A stretch of 64,000 bases of DNA from assembly GCA_016181305.1 (NCBI GenBank), contig JACOZN010000010.1:149426-213425 (forward strand), read 5' to 3'. The DNA comes from Candidatus Woesearchaeota archaeon (GTDB lineage: Archaea; Nanobdellota; Nanobdellia; Woesearchaeales; GW2011-AR4). Each line of letters starts with the position of its first letter. Position 1 is the stretch's first letter. Below the pieces are notes generated by a model. It worked only from the letters and a program-made list of their open reading frames with translations, had not been told where the DNA came from and ran no database searches. Positions 9,998 through 19,134 of this stretch are shown here, in pieces. The position numbers were made by a program, and so were the translations under genes.

Positions 9998-10837
9998 ATG
10001 GTTAAAGTTGGGGTATTGGGGCATACGGGAAGATTAGGAAAACCTTTAGTTGAAATTCTTAAACATCATCCTTATGCAGAAATAGTTTATACTCATAGTA
10101 CAAGTGAGCCCAGTAAAATAACTTTATCAGAATCCAAAGCTGAATTACTTTTCTCAGCTTTAGGGGAAGGAGCCAGTAAAGAATATGAACATGAATGGCG
10201 GGATATCAGGGTAATAGACCTTAGTATTGATCATAGATATCATCCAGAATGGACCTATGGTTTGCCTGAATTAAACAGGGGACAGATTAAAGGTGCGCAA
10301 TATGTTGCAAATCCTGGATGCTATGCAACTTCTATAATCTTAGGATTAGCCCCTATTAAGCACAAAGTTAGTGAAGTGAGTATACAAGCCAATAGCGGCA
10401 TTTCAGGAGCAGGTTTAGAAAAACAAGAAGAAGATAACTTCGGACCTTATAAAGAAGGACAATCTCATGAACAAATTCCAGAAATAGAAAGAAGTTTAGG
10501 GCTCCATGGTATTACACTATTTCCGCAAAGACTGGACAACACGGATAGGGGCATTATCTCAACAATTTTTGCAAAAATTGAAGGCTCTGAAGATTTGTTA
10601 GAAATTTACCGGCAATTTTATGCATCAGAATCTTTTGTTAGAGTGCAAAATCAGGATTACAAAATTGAAGTCAAAAAAGTAAATAGAACTAATTTCTGTG
10701 ACATTAAAACTTATAGATTTGGAGAGAGAATAACTGTTGTTTCCACATTAGACAACTTAATCAAAGGAGGTTCAGGACAGGCTGTGCAGAATTTTAACTT
10801 GATGTATGGTTTTGATGAGACTCTTGGACTAGTTTGA
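9998..10837 (+). CDS. argC: ArgC/LysY-like N-acyl-glutamyl/aminoadipyl phosphate reductase (short form)
   Basis: YGLPELNR, VANPGCYATS catalytic Cys, SGISGAG, LDNLIKGGSGQAVQNFNLMYG. Confidence 0.85.
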   Translation: MVKVGVLGHTGRLGKPLVEILKHHPYAEIVYTHSTSEPSKITLSESKAELLFSALGEGASKEYEHEWRDIRVIDLSIDHRYHPEWTYGLPELNRGQIKGAQYVANPGCYATSIILGLAPIKHKVSEVSIQANSGISGAGLEKQEEDNFGPYKEGQSHEQIPEIERSLGLHGITLFPQRLDNTDRGIISTIFAKIEGSEDLLEIYRQFYASESFVRVQNQDYKIEVKKVNRTNFCDIKTYRFGERITVVSTLDNLIKGGSGQAVQNFNLMYGFDETLGLV

Positions 10838-10862
10838 TGCTATAACAAAAATAATTTTTCCC

Positions 10863-10877
10863 CGCAACCTTTAAATA
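10863..10877 (+). promoter_or_regulatory. BRE/TATA promoter of the aro operon
   Basis: CGCAACC-TTTAAATA (TATA 10870-10877); expected TSS about 10900-10903. Confidence 0.75.
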
Positions 10878-10905
10878 CCCCTCCATCTTACCCAACTCCC
10901 TGAAA

Positions 10906-11004
10906 ATGATAAGAAAAGCTGAAAATTTGATGGCGAGGATTGGATTTGCTTTCTACAGGCTTTTTTCCAGCTTCAGGTATTTCTTTTTTTATTTTAAGCA
11001 CTGA
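10906..11004 (+). CDS. Candidate Phe/Tyr-rich leader peptide (32 aa)
   Basis: MIRKAENLMARIGFAFYRLFSSFRYFFFYFKH*; 8 Phe + 3 Tyr in residues 14-30; ATG near predicted TSS; ends 70 nt before aroF. Confidence 0.7.
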   Translation: MIRKAENLMARIGFAFYRLFSSFRYFFFYFKH

Positions 11005-11033
11005 TTGGCTTCTTTATCAACAGAACGCTAATC
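11003..11033 (+). promoter_or_regulatory. Hairpin overlapping the leader stop codon
   Basis: GATTGGC-TTCT / loop TTATCAAC / AGAA-C-GCTAATC: 11 bp with one G-U pair and one bulge. Confidence 0.5.
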
Positions 11034-11074
11034 CCATTGTCTAAACATGATAAAAAACTAAACAAGGTGAGAAA

Positions 11075-12088
11075 ATGATTGTAGTGATGAAAAAGAATGC
11101 AACCGAAAACCAGGTGCAAAGAGTGGTTGAGAAGATACAGGAAAGCGGCTTGAAAGCGCACCTGTCGAAAGGAGATATAGTGACAATAATAGGGATTATA
11201 GGCGATGAAAGGAAAGTCCCGGAGTCGCAGATAAGGGCGATAGAGGGTGTGGAGAAGATTATGCCTGTGCTCGCCCCCTACAAGCTTGCAAGCAGGGACT
11301 TCAAGCCCGATAACACAATAATAAGCGTTGACGGGGTCAAAATCGGCGGCAATGAGGTTGTTGTGATGGCAGGCCCCTGCTCTGTTGAAAGCAGGGAGCA
11401 GATTATAGAAACTGCTAAAGCCATAAAAAAATCAGGGGCAAAAGTATTAAGAGGCGGCGCATTCAAGCCAAGAACATCGCCTTATTCCTTCCAGGGCTTG
11501 GGAGAGGAAGGGTTAAAATTGCTGAAGCATGCAAAGGAGGAAACAGGCATGCCGATAGTAACAGAGGTAATGGACACCAGAAACGTGCCTTTGGTGTGCA
11601 AGTATGCTGACATCCTGCAGCTTGGCGCAAGAAACATGCAGAATTATGACTTATTAAAGGAAGTCGGAAGGTGCAAGCGCCCTGTTTTATTAAAAAGAGG
11701 GCTTTCAGCTACAATAACAGAATGGCTCATGAGCGCAGAATACATAATGTCAGAGGGCAACCATAACATAATTTTGTGCGAGCGTGGCATAAGGACATTT
11801 GAAACTCTTACAAGAAACACTCTGGACCTGAATGCAGTGCCTGCTGTAAAGGAGCTAACACATTTGCCGGTTATAGTCGACCCAAGCCATGGGACTGGAA
11901 AGTATACTTTGGTCAGCCCGATGGCTAAAGCTGCAGTTGCCGCAGGAGCAGACGGGCTATTAATTGAAGTCCATACAAATCCTGAAAAATCAGTCAGCGA
12001 TGCCGACCAAACCATAAGCACAAAAAGATTTGAGAATCTCATGAGAGAGCTAAAGCTTATAGCAAGCGCAATAGGAAGAAAGGTGTAA
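11075..12088 (+). CDS. aroF: DAHP synthase, type I-beta with N-terminal regulatory domain
   Basis: AGPCSVES, RGGAFKPRTSPYSFQG, IGAR-like LGARNMQN, CERGIRTF, DPSHGTG, EVH; GGTGA SD. Confidence 0.96.
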   Translation: MIVVMKKNATENQVQRVVEKIQESGLKAHLSKGDIVTIIGIIGDERKVPESQIRAIEGVEKIMPVLAPYKLASRDFKPDNTIISVDGVKIGGNEVVVMAGPCSVESREQIIETAKAIKKSGAKVLRGGAFKPRTSPYSFQGLGEEGLKLLKHAKEETGMPIVTEVMDTRNVPLVCKYADILQLGARNMQNYDLLKEVGRCKRPVLLKRGLSATITEWLMSAEYIMSEGNHNIILCERGIRTFETLTRNTLDLNAVPAVKELTHLPVIVDPSHGTGKYTLVSPMAKAAVAAGADGLLIEVHTNPEKSVSDADQTISTKRFENLMRELKLIASAIGRKV

Positions 12089-12089
12089 G

Positions 12090-13178
12090 ATGGAAGTTGT
12101 AAAAGTTGATTTGAGGGAAGAGATAGACAACTCTTATGATATCACCATCGGCAGGGGCTTATTGGAAGGCCTTGCCATGGAACTAAAAAAAAATCCCGCA
12201 AATAAGTTTGTGATAATAACGGACTCCAATATTGCAGGAACCTATGGCAAAAGGCTCCTTAACGATTTGAAGAAGAGGAATATTGGCGCACATTTGATAA
12301 ATTTTCCCGCAGGAGAGAAAAGCAAGACAAGAAAAACAAAAGAAAAGATAGAAAATGAAATGCTTAAGCTTGCTTTAGGAAGGGATGCCTGCATCATTTC
12401 TCTTGGAGGCGGTGTTGCAGGGGATATTGCCGGGTTTGCAGCGGCAACCTACATGAGGGGAATTCCGTACATTCAGGTGCCTACAACCTTGCTTGCAATG
12501 GTTGACAGCTCCATAGGGGGAAAAGTTGCCGTTGATACTATGCATGCAAAAAACGCAATAGGCTCATTCTACCAGCCAAAAAAAGTTGTCGTTGACCTGA
12601 ATTTCCTTAAAACACTGCCAAAAAAAGAGTTGGTGAACGGGCTGGCAGAGCTGATAAAGCATGCCCTGATAAAAGACAGGGGTTTTTTCCATTTTATAGA
12701 AAAAAACATCGGCGGGATTCTGGCCTGTGATGCGGACATTTTGAAGACTGCGATAAAAAGGAGCTGCGAGATTAAAGCGGATATTGTGATGCAGGATGAA
12801 AAGGAAAAAGGAATTAGAAGAATCCTCAACTACGGGCATACAATCGGGCACGCTATTGAATCCTCATTGGGCTACAAAATAAGCCACGGCAATGCTATTG
12901 CCATTGGAATGGGCTATGCTGCAAAGCTTTCCGCCAAGCTTGGTTTTCTGCATGAAGGCTCTGTTATAAGGCAGAATAACCTGCTGGAATACATAGGACT
13001 GCCGCATAAGTTAAGCCATCACAAGCTAAAGCCCAGGAAGATACTTGAGCATATACAATACGATAAAAAAATAACGAACGGCAGAATAAATTTTGTATTG
13101 CTGAATTCCATAGGAGATGCATTTGTCTCTGATGATGTCGCGATAGAAGACATTAAAAATATTCTTGAAGAACGATAA
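12090..13178 (+). CDS. aroB: 3-dehydroquinate synthase
   Basis: GE.SK, GGGVAGDIAGFAAATYMRG, PTTLLAMVDSSIGGK, LNYGHTIGHAIE. Confidence 0.96.
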   Translation: MEVVKVDLREEIDNSYDITIGRGLLEGLAMELKKNPANKFVIITDSNIAGTYGKRLLNDLKKRNIGAHLINFPAGEKSKTRKTKEKIENEMLKLALGRDACIISLGGGVAGDIAGFAAATYMRGIPYIQVPTTLLAMVDSSIGGKVAVDTMHAKNAIGSFYQPKKVVVDLNFLKTLPKKELVNGLAELIKHALIKDRGFFHFIEKNIGGILACDADILKTAIKRSCEIKADIVMQDEKEKGIRRILNYGHTIGHAIESSLGYKISHGNAIAIGMGYAAKLSAKLGFLHEGSVIRQNNLLEYIGLPHKLSHHKLKPRKILEHIQYDKKITNGRINFVLLNSIGDAFVSDDVAIEDIKNILEER

Positions 13179-13179
13179 A

Positions 13180-14643
13180 ATGCTGGCAGCTGTAATAACA
13201 GAACTCAAAGACATTCCAAAAGCAAAAGATGCCGATTTGATAGAGCTGAGGCTGGATTATATAAAAGGATTGAATAATACAAAGCTAAAAAGCTTGATAG
13301 AAAACTGCAAGAAACCTGTAATTGTGACGAATAGGAAAAAGGGCGAAGGCGGCCTCTTTAATGGAAGCGAGGCAAAAAGAATTGAAATATTAAAAAATGC
13401 TATTAAATTTGGTGCAGGCTATGCTGATATTGAATATTCTTCAGGTAAAGAATCTATAAGAAATTTAATCCAAAATAAAAGGAAAACAAAGATAATTGTC
13501 TCTTACCATAATTTTAAAGAAACGCCGGCAAATATCAAAAAGATCTACGGCAATATCAAGAAATTAAATCCTGACTTGATCAAAATAGCCACTAATGCGC
13601 GCTCTGTCACTGACAACTTCAGGGTATTCGGCTTAATCGGGAAAGCGAATAAAGAGAAAAGGAAAATAATTGCTTTCTGCATGGGAGGCTATGGAAAATT
13701 CAGCAGAATCTTAAGCATAATTCTCGGCTCGCAGGTAACTTATGCGTCAACCGGCAAAGGAAAAGAATCCGCAGGCGGGCAATTAACAATGAATGAGATG
13801 GTTGAGCATTATAGAATTAAAAAAATAAATAAAAACACTAAAATTGTCGGCTTGATAGGAAATCCCGTTGAACATTCCTGGTCGCATATAATGCATAATG
13901 CCGCTTTTGATAGATTAGACATTAATGCAGTTTATCTGAAATTTCAGGCAGATAAGCTGAAAGAGTTTATTGAACACATGAAAAATCTGGATATAATCGG
14001 CTTTAGCGTCACAATCCCGCATAAAGTTGAAGTTATGAGATATCTTGATGAGATAGACAAACAAGCGAAGGGGATTAGCGCAGTCAATACTATTGTTGTG
14101 AAAAACGGCAGATTAATTGGGTACAATACAGACTGCCCGGGAGCCATAAAATCATTGAAGCGAATAACAGAATTAAAAGGAAAGAATGCTGTTGTCTTAG
14201 GTGCAGGCGGGGCAGCAAGGGCAATAATTTATGGTTTGATGGAGAATAAATCAAATGTTAAGATATTGAACAGGACTGCTGAAAAAGCAAAATTATTAGC
14301 TGATTATTTCAAGTGCGATTATGGCTCTTTAGATGATATTAAAAAAACTGATTATGATATTCTAATTAATACCACCCCTGCCGGAATGCACCCGCACATA
14401 GGCGGCTCCCCTGTTCCGCCCGACTGCATCAAAAACGGCGCTGTTGTTTTTGACATGGTTTTTAACCCTTACAAGACAAAATTGCTTGTTGAAGCTGAAA
14501 AGAGGAATTGCAGAATAATTGCCGGGTTTGAGATGCTGATTCACGGGGCTCTGCTGCAATTCAAGCTATGGACCGGAAAAGAAGCCCCAGAGCGATTAAT
14601 GCGGCTAAAAGTTATGGAGTTTTTAAAAAATGCTGGCCATTAA
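13180..14643 (+). CDS. aroDE: Fused type I dehydroquinate dehydratase / shikimate dehydrogenase
   Basis: ELRLD, SYHNF..TP, DLIKIA, then HSWSH.MHN, SVTIPHK, AVNTI, GYNTD, GAGGAARA; start moved to ATG 13180. Confidence 0.93.
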   Translation: MLAAVITELKDIPKAKDADLIELRLDYIKGLNNTKLKSLIENCKKPVIVTNRKKGEGGLFNGSEAKRIEILKNAIKFGAGYADIEYSSGKESIRNLIQNKRKTKIIVSYHNFKETPANIKKIYGNIKKLNPDLIKIATNARSVTDNFRVFGLIGKANKEKRKIIAFCMGGYGKFSRILSIILGSQVTYASTGKGKESAGGQLTMNEMVEHYRIKKINKNTKIVGLIGNPVEHSWSHIMHNAAFDRLDINAVYLKFQADKLKEFIEHMKNLDIIGFSVTIPHKVEVMRYLDEIDKQAKGISAVNTIVVKNGRLIGYNTDCPGAIKSLKRITELKGKNAVVLGAGGAARAIIYGLMENKSNVKILNRTAEKAKLLADYFKCDYGSLDDIKKTDYDILINTTPAGMHPHIGGSPVPPDCIKNGAVVFDMVFNPYKTKLLVEAEKRNCRIIAGFEMLIHGALLQFKLWTGKEAPERLMRLKVMEFLKNAGH

Positions 14644-15886
14644 AACAAAAAAATATGTCAAAGCTGTGATTGAAGCGCCGCCATCAAAAAGCTATACCCA
14701 GAGGGCTTTGGTGATTGCAGCTCTTGCCAACGGCAAATCAGTTATAAAAAACCCGTTATTCAGCGACGACACCTGCCATATGATTTCTGCGTTGAAAGCG
14801 TTTGGGGCAAGGATAGAGAGAAAAGGCAGCAGCCTTGCTGTTTACGGAACAAACGGAAAGCTCAAGCAGCCAAAAGGCAGGATTTTTGCAGGGAATGCAG
14901 GCACGACAATGCGGTTCATAACAGCTTTTGCCTCCCTTGCTGACGGGGCTTCTGTAATAACAGGAGACAAGAGGATGCAGCAACGTCCAATAAACGACCT
15001 GCTTGATGCACTGCGGCAATTAGGGGTGAAAAGCGAAAGCAGCAGCGGATGCCCGCCTGTAAAGATTTACGGGGGAAATTTTATCGGCGGAACTGCGAAA
15101 TTAAAAGGCAGCATAAGCAGCCAGTATTTATCATCCATTCTTATGGTTGCGCCATACGCCGAAAAGGATGTAAAAATAAGCATTACGGGGAACCTGGCAT
15201 CAAAGCCGTATGTTGACATAACCATAGATGTCATGAAGAATTTTGGAGTTGACATAAAAAATGTAAAATATGAAAAATTTATAATAAAAAACACCAAAAA
15301 ATACAAATCTGGGGATTATGCTGTTGAGGGCGACGCCTCGAGCGCGAGCTACTTCTTTGCAGCAGCTGCCGTGACAAAAGGAAGAATAATGGTAAAGAAT
15401 ATAAACCCCAAATCAAAACAGGGAGATATAAAGTTTGTTGACATACTAAAAAGAATGGGGTGTGGCGTAAGGAATGGAAACAGCTTTATCGAGGTGCAGG
15501 GTGGCAGCCTCAAAGGCGTTGATGTTGACATGAACGAGATGCCTGATATCGTGCCTACACTTGCTGTGACGGGCCTTTTTGCAGATTCGGCAACCACAAT
15601 AAGAAATGTGCCCAACCTGCGGCTGAAGGAGACTGACAGGCTTAGGGCCCTGGCGTTTGAACTTAGAAAGACAGGCGCCAATGTGGAAGAAATGCAGGAC
15701 GGATTGCGTATAAAAAGAAGAAGGCTGCAAAAAGCGATAATTGAAACTTATAATGACCACAGGATGGCAATGAGCTTTGCCGTAGCGGGCTTGGTTATCA
15801 ATGGGATAAGGATAAAAAACCCAGGCTGCGTTGCAAAATCATTTCCTGATTTTTGGGAAAAATTCAACGAGATGTATAAAAGATGA
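14630..15886 (+). CDS. aroA: EPSP synthase
   Basis: PPSKS, GNAGTTMRF, SSQYLS, KETDRL, DHRMAM. Confidence 0.96.
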   Translation: MLAIKTKKYVKAVIEAPPSKSYTQRALVIAALANGKSVIKNPLFSDDTCHMISALKAFGARIERKGSSLAVYGTNGKLKQPKGRIFAGNAGTTMRFITAFASLADGASVITGDKRMQQRPINDLLDALRQLGVKSESSSGCPPVKIYGGNFIGGTAKLKGSISSQYLSSILMVAPYAEKDVKISITGNLASKPYVDITIDVMKNFGVDIKNVKYEKFIIKNTKKYKSGDYAVEGDASSASYFFAAAAVTKGRIMVKNINPKSKQGDIKFVDILKRMGCGVRNGNSFIEVQGGSLKGVDVDMNEMPDIVPTLAVTGLFADSATTIRNVPNLRLKETDRLRALAFELRKTGANVEEMQDGLRIKRRRLQKAIIETYNDHRMAMSFAVAGLVINGIRIKNPGCVAKSFPDFWEKFNEMYKR

Positions 15887-16392
15887 ATATAGCGCTTATA
15901 GGCTTCAGGGGAACTGGCAAAACAACCTTATGCAGGCTGCTTGCCAACAGGCTCGACAGGAAGCTCATATCAACAGACGAGGAAATAGAGAAGAGAACAA
16001 AAATGAGCATAGCCAAGTTTGTGAAAAAATACGGCTGGGAGAGGTTCAGGGAAATCGAGGCCGATGTTATAGAAAGCATCAGCGACTTTGATGACTGTGT
16101 GTTTGACACGGGCGGAGGCATTATAATGAGGAATGAGAATATTATCAACCTGAAAAAAAACACTTTGATTGTGCTGCTGACTGCTGATATAAAGACAATA
16201 ACAAGCAGGCTCAAAAACAATAAAAGGCCTGCACTGACGAAAAGCAATTACCTTGACGAGATAAAGGATGTACTGAAGGAGCGCGAGGAAAGGTACAAAA
16301 CAGCAGCGGATTATGCCATTGACACGTCAAGGCTGGCTCCTGAAGAGGCATGCGATTTGATTATGCACTATGTGCAGATGGAGATGCAATAA
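15883..16392 (+). CDS. aroK: Shikimate kinase, bacterial P-loop type
   Basis: GFRGTGKTT Walker A, DEEIE, FRE.E, TGGG, RP.L; not the archaeal GHMP type. Confidence 0.92.
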   Translation: MNIALIGFRGTGKTTLCRLLANRLDRKLISTDEEIEKRTKMSIAKFVKKYGWERFREIEADVIESISDFDDCVFDTGGGIIMRNENIINLKKNTLIVLLTADIKTITSRLKNNKRPALTKSNYLDEIKDVLKEREERYKTAADYAIDTSRLAPEEACDLIMHYVQMEMQ

Positions 16393-16394
16393 AA

Positions 16395-17477
16395 ATGTCC
16401 AATTCTTTCGGAACACTGTTCAGGATAACAACATGGGGCGAGAGCCACGGAAAGGCGATCGGGGTTGTAGTAGACGGATGCCCTGCCGGGCTTGAGCTGG
16501 GCGGAGAAGATGTGCAGAGAGAGCTTGATAAAAGGGCGCCGGGGCAGAGCGAGGTAACGAGCCCGAGAAAAGAGGCTGACAAAGCTGAGATTCTTTCAGG
16601 AGTATTTGAAGGCAAGACCACAGGAACCCCCATATCAATGGTTATCTGCAACAAAGATGCAGATTCCTCAAAATATGAAAAAATAAAGCACTTGCTGAGG
16701 CCGGGGCATGCAGACTTCACTTACCAGGTTAAATACGGCTTTAGGGATTACAGGGGCGGGGGAAGAAGCTCTGCGAGGGAAACAGCTGCAAGGGTCGCTG
16801 CCGGCGCGATTGCAAAAAAACTGCTTGCAAAGCATGGGATAACCATCATCGCTTATGTCAGGGAAATTGCAGGCATAAAGGCTACTAAAATAGACTTTAA
16901 GGAGGTTTACAAAAATGATGTTAGGTGCCCTGACAGGAATGCAGCAAAAAAGATGGAGCATGCTATCCTTAAGGCTAAAAACAGCGGAGATTCTGTCGGA
17001 GGCATCTGCGAAATTATAGCGTTAAATGCGCCTGCAGGCTTGGGCAAGCCCATCTACAACAAGCTGGAGTCCGACTTGGGTTCTGCAATACTGGGCATTA
17101 ATGCTGTGAAAGGCGTCGAGTTTGGCGCCGGATTTGAACTTGCAAAGATGAAAGGCAGCCGATCAAATGACGAGTTCATTGTAAAAAACAATAAGATCAC
17201 CACTAAAACCAACAATCACGGAGGCATTCTTGGCGGGATTTCCACAGGCATGCCTATTGTAATAAGGGCAGTTGTAAAGCCTGCATCCAGCATATTAAAG
17301 AAGCAGCATACAATCAACTACAAAACTATGAAGCAGGAGACAATCTCGGTGGAAGGCAGGCACGACCCCGCAACTATTGTGAGGTTTCCGCCTATAGCAG
17401 AAGCAATGGCTGCAATTGTGCTGGCAGACCACATGCTGATGGCGGGAAAGATAAATCCTGACAAGCTTATAAAGTGA
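16395..17477 (+). CDS. aroC: Chorismate synthase
   Basis: TWGESHG, RPGHAD, GGGRSSARETAARVAAG, GRHDP; start moved to ATG 16395. Confidence 0.96.
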   Translation: MSNSFGTLFRITTWGESHGKAIGVVVDGCPAGLELGGEDVQRELDKRAPGQSEVTSPRKEADKAEILSGVFEGKTTGTPISMVICNKDADSSKYEKIKHLLRPGHADFTYQVKYGFRDYRGGGRSSARETAARVAAGAIAKKLLAKHGITIIAYVREIAGIKATKIDFKEVYKNDVRCPDRNAAKKMEHAILKAKNSGDSVGGICEIIALNAPAGLGKPIYNKLESDLGSAILGINAVKGVEFGAGFELAKMKGSRSNDEFIVKNNKITTKTNNHGGILGGISTGMPIVIRAVVKPASSILKKQHTINYKTMKQETISVEGRHDPATIVRFPPIAEAMAAIVLADHMLMAGKINPDKLIK

Positions 17478-18313
17478 TTTCTATGGTTACGGTAGGCATA
17501 ATCGGCGGCACCGGGCAGATGGGGCAGTTTTTCAGGAGATTTTTTGAGAAGAACAAATGCAGGGTTTTGATTGCCTCGAGAAAAACAAAATTAAAGCCGG
17601 AAGACTGCGCAAGGCAAAGCGATGTTGTTTTGGTTTCTGTGCCGATGGATGTGACTGTGGGAGTAATCAAAAAAATAGCCAGTTGCATCAGCAAGAATTC
17701 CCTGCTGATTGATACAACCTCCATTAAAAACGAGCCTGTCAAAGCCATGCTTAAGCATGCAAAATGCGAAGTTATAGGGATGCACCCTGTTTTTGGGCCG
17801 AATGTAAATTCATTGAGGAGCCAGACTGTTGTTTTGTGCCCGGCAAGAACAAAAAAATGGCTGCAGTGGCTGAAAGGCATTTTCGAGAGAAATGGCGCAA
17901 GGGTGAAATTATCAACTCCTGAAAAGCATGACGAGATGATGTCTGTAATACAGGGCTTAAATCACTTCAGCACCTTAAGCGTTGCCCATGCCATGAAGAT
18001 GCTTGGCATAAGCGTGAAAGAAAGCCTGGAATACACAAGCCCGGTTTACAGGCTTAGGATGGCTATGGTCGGCAGGATATTAAAACAGGACCCAAACCTG
18101 TACGCAAGCATAGAGATGATGAATCCAAAAAACAAAGATGTGCTAAAAGCTTATGCAGAATCCTCAAAAAAGCTCAGGAGTATAATTGAAACAAAAGACA
18201 CAAAGGCATTTTTGGAGTATTTTAACGAGTGCTCTAAGTTTTTTGGCGGCTTTAAAGAAGAGGCTGAGGAATTAAGCGATTACCTGATAGGGCAGATGGT
18301 GAAAAGGAAATGA
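17474..18313 (+). CDS. tyrA: Prephenate dehydrogenase
   Basis: GGTGQMG Rossmann, D.TSIK, GMHPVFGP, EKHDEMM..IQGL.H; may start at ATG 17483. Confidence 0.92.
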   Translation: MISMVTVGIIGGTGQMGQFFRRFFEKNKCRVLIASRKTKLKPEDCARQSDVVLVSVPMDVTVGVIKKIASCISKNSLLIDTTSIKNEPVKAMLKHAKCEVIGMHPVFGPNVNSLRSQTVVLCPARTKKWLQWLKGIFERNGARVKLSTPEKHDEMMSVIQGLNHFSTLSVAHAMKMLGISVKESLEYTSPVYRLRMAMVGRILKQDPNLYASIEMMNPKNKDVLKAYAESSKKLRSIIETKDTKAFLEYFNECSKFFGGFKEEAEELSDYLIGQMVKRK

Positions 18314-19119
18314 AAATAGCAACCCTTGGCCCGGAAGGCACTTTCAGCCACGAGGCTGCCATGAAGTATGATAGGAAGGCATCAATAATTTTTACAGATA
18401 CAATAAGGGACGTGTTTGAAGCAGTTTCAAAAAATAAGGCTGACTGCGGAATTGCACCAATTGAAAACTCCATTGCAGGAACCGTTGGGCAAACTCTGGA
18501 TTACCTAATGGAGTTCGGGCTTAAAACAAAGGCAGAGGAAATACTTCCGATAAGGCATAACCTTGCGGGGTTCGGAAAAATTAACGGAATAAAAATAGTT
18601 TACCTGCATCCGCAGACTTATGAGCAGTGCGAGATTTTTATCAAAAGAAACCTTCCCAAGGCTGAAGTACTGCAGACGTCAAGCAACGGGAAATCAGCTG
18701 AAATGCTCGCCAAATCAAAATCAAAGGAAGATGCTGCCATAATACCCAAAATTGCTGCTGATATATACGGGCTTAAGATTCTGAAAAAGGATGTGCAGGA
18801 TGCAAAGTTCAACGTTACAAGGTTCTTTGTGATTGCAAAGAGCGACAGCAAAAAAACCGGCTATGACAGGACTAGCATAGCACTATATCCCCAGGTTGAC
18901 AGGCCCGGACTGCTTTACGAGATGCTTGGCGAGTTTGCAAAAAGAAAGATTAACCTGACAAAAATTGAGTCAAGGCCTTCGAAAGGCAAGCTCGGCGACT
19001 ATATCTTTTACATAGACTTTGAAGGGCATAAATCAGAAAAGCACATAGGAGAAGCCCTGAAACAGCTTGAGAAATCCGCGTTTGTAGCAGTGCTTGGCAG
19101 CTACCAGAGAAAGTATTAA
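18310..19119 (+). CDS. pheA: Prephenate dehydratase with ACT domain
   Basis: LGPEGTFS, PIENS..G, TRF, DRPGLL, LTKIESRP. Confidence 0.95.
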   Translation: MKIATLGPEGTFSHEAAMKYDRKASIIFTDTIRDVFEAVSKNKADCGIAPIENSIAGTVGQTLDYLMEFGLKTKAEEILPIRHNLAGFGKINGIKIVYLHPQTYEQCEIFIKRNLPKAEVLQTSSNGKSAEMLAKSKSKEDAAIIPKIAADIYGLKILKKDVQDAKFNVTRFFVIAKSDSKKTGYDRTSIALYPQVDRPGLLYEMLGEFAKRKINLTKIESRPSKGKLGDYIFYIDFEGHKSEKHIGEALKQLEKSAFVAVLGSYQRKY

Positions 19120-19134
19120 AATAACTTCGATAAA

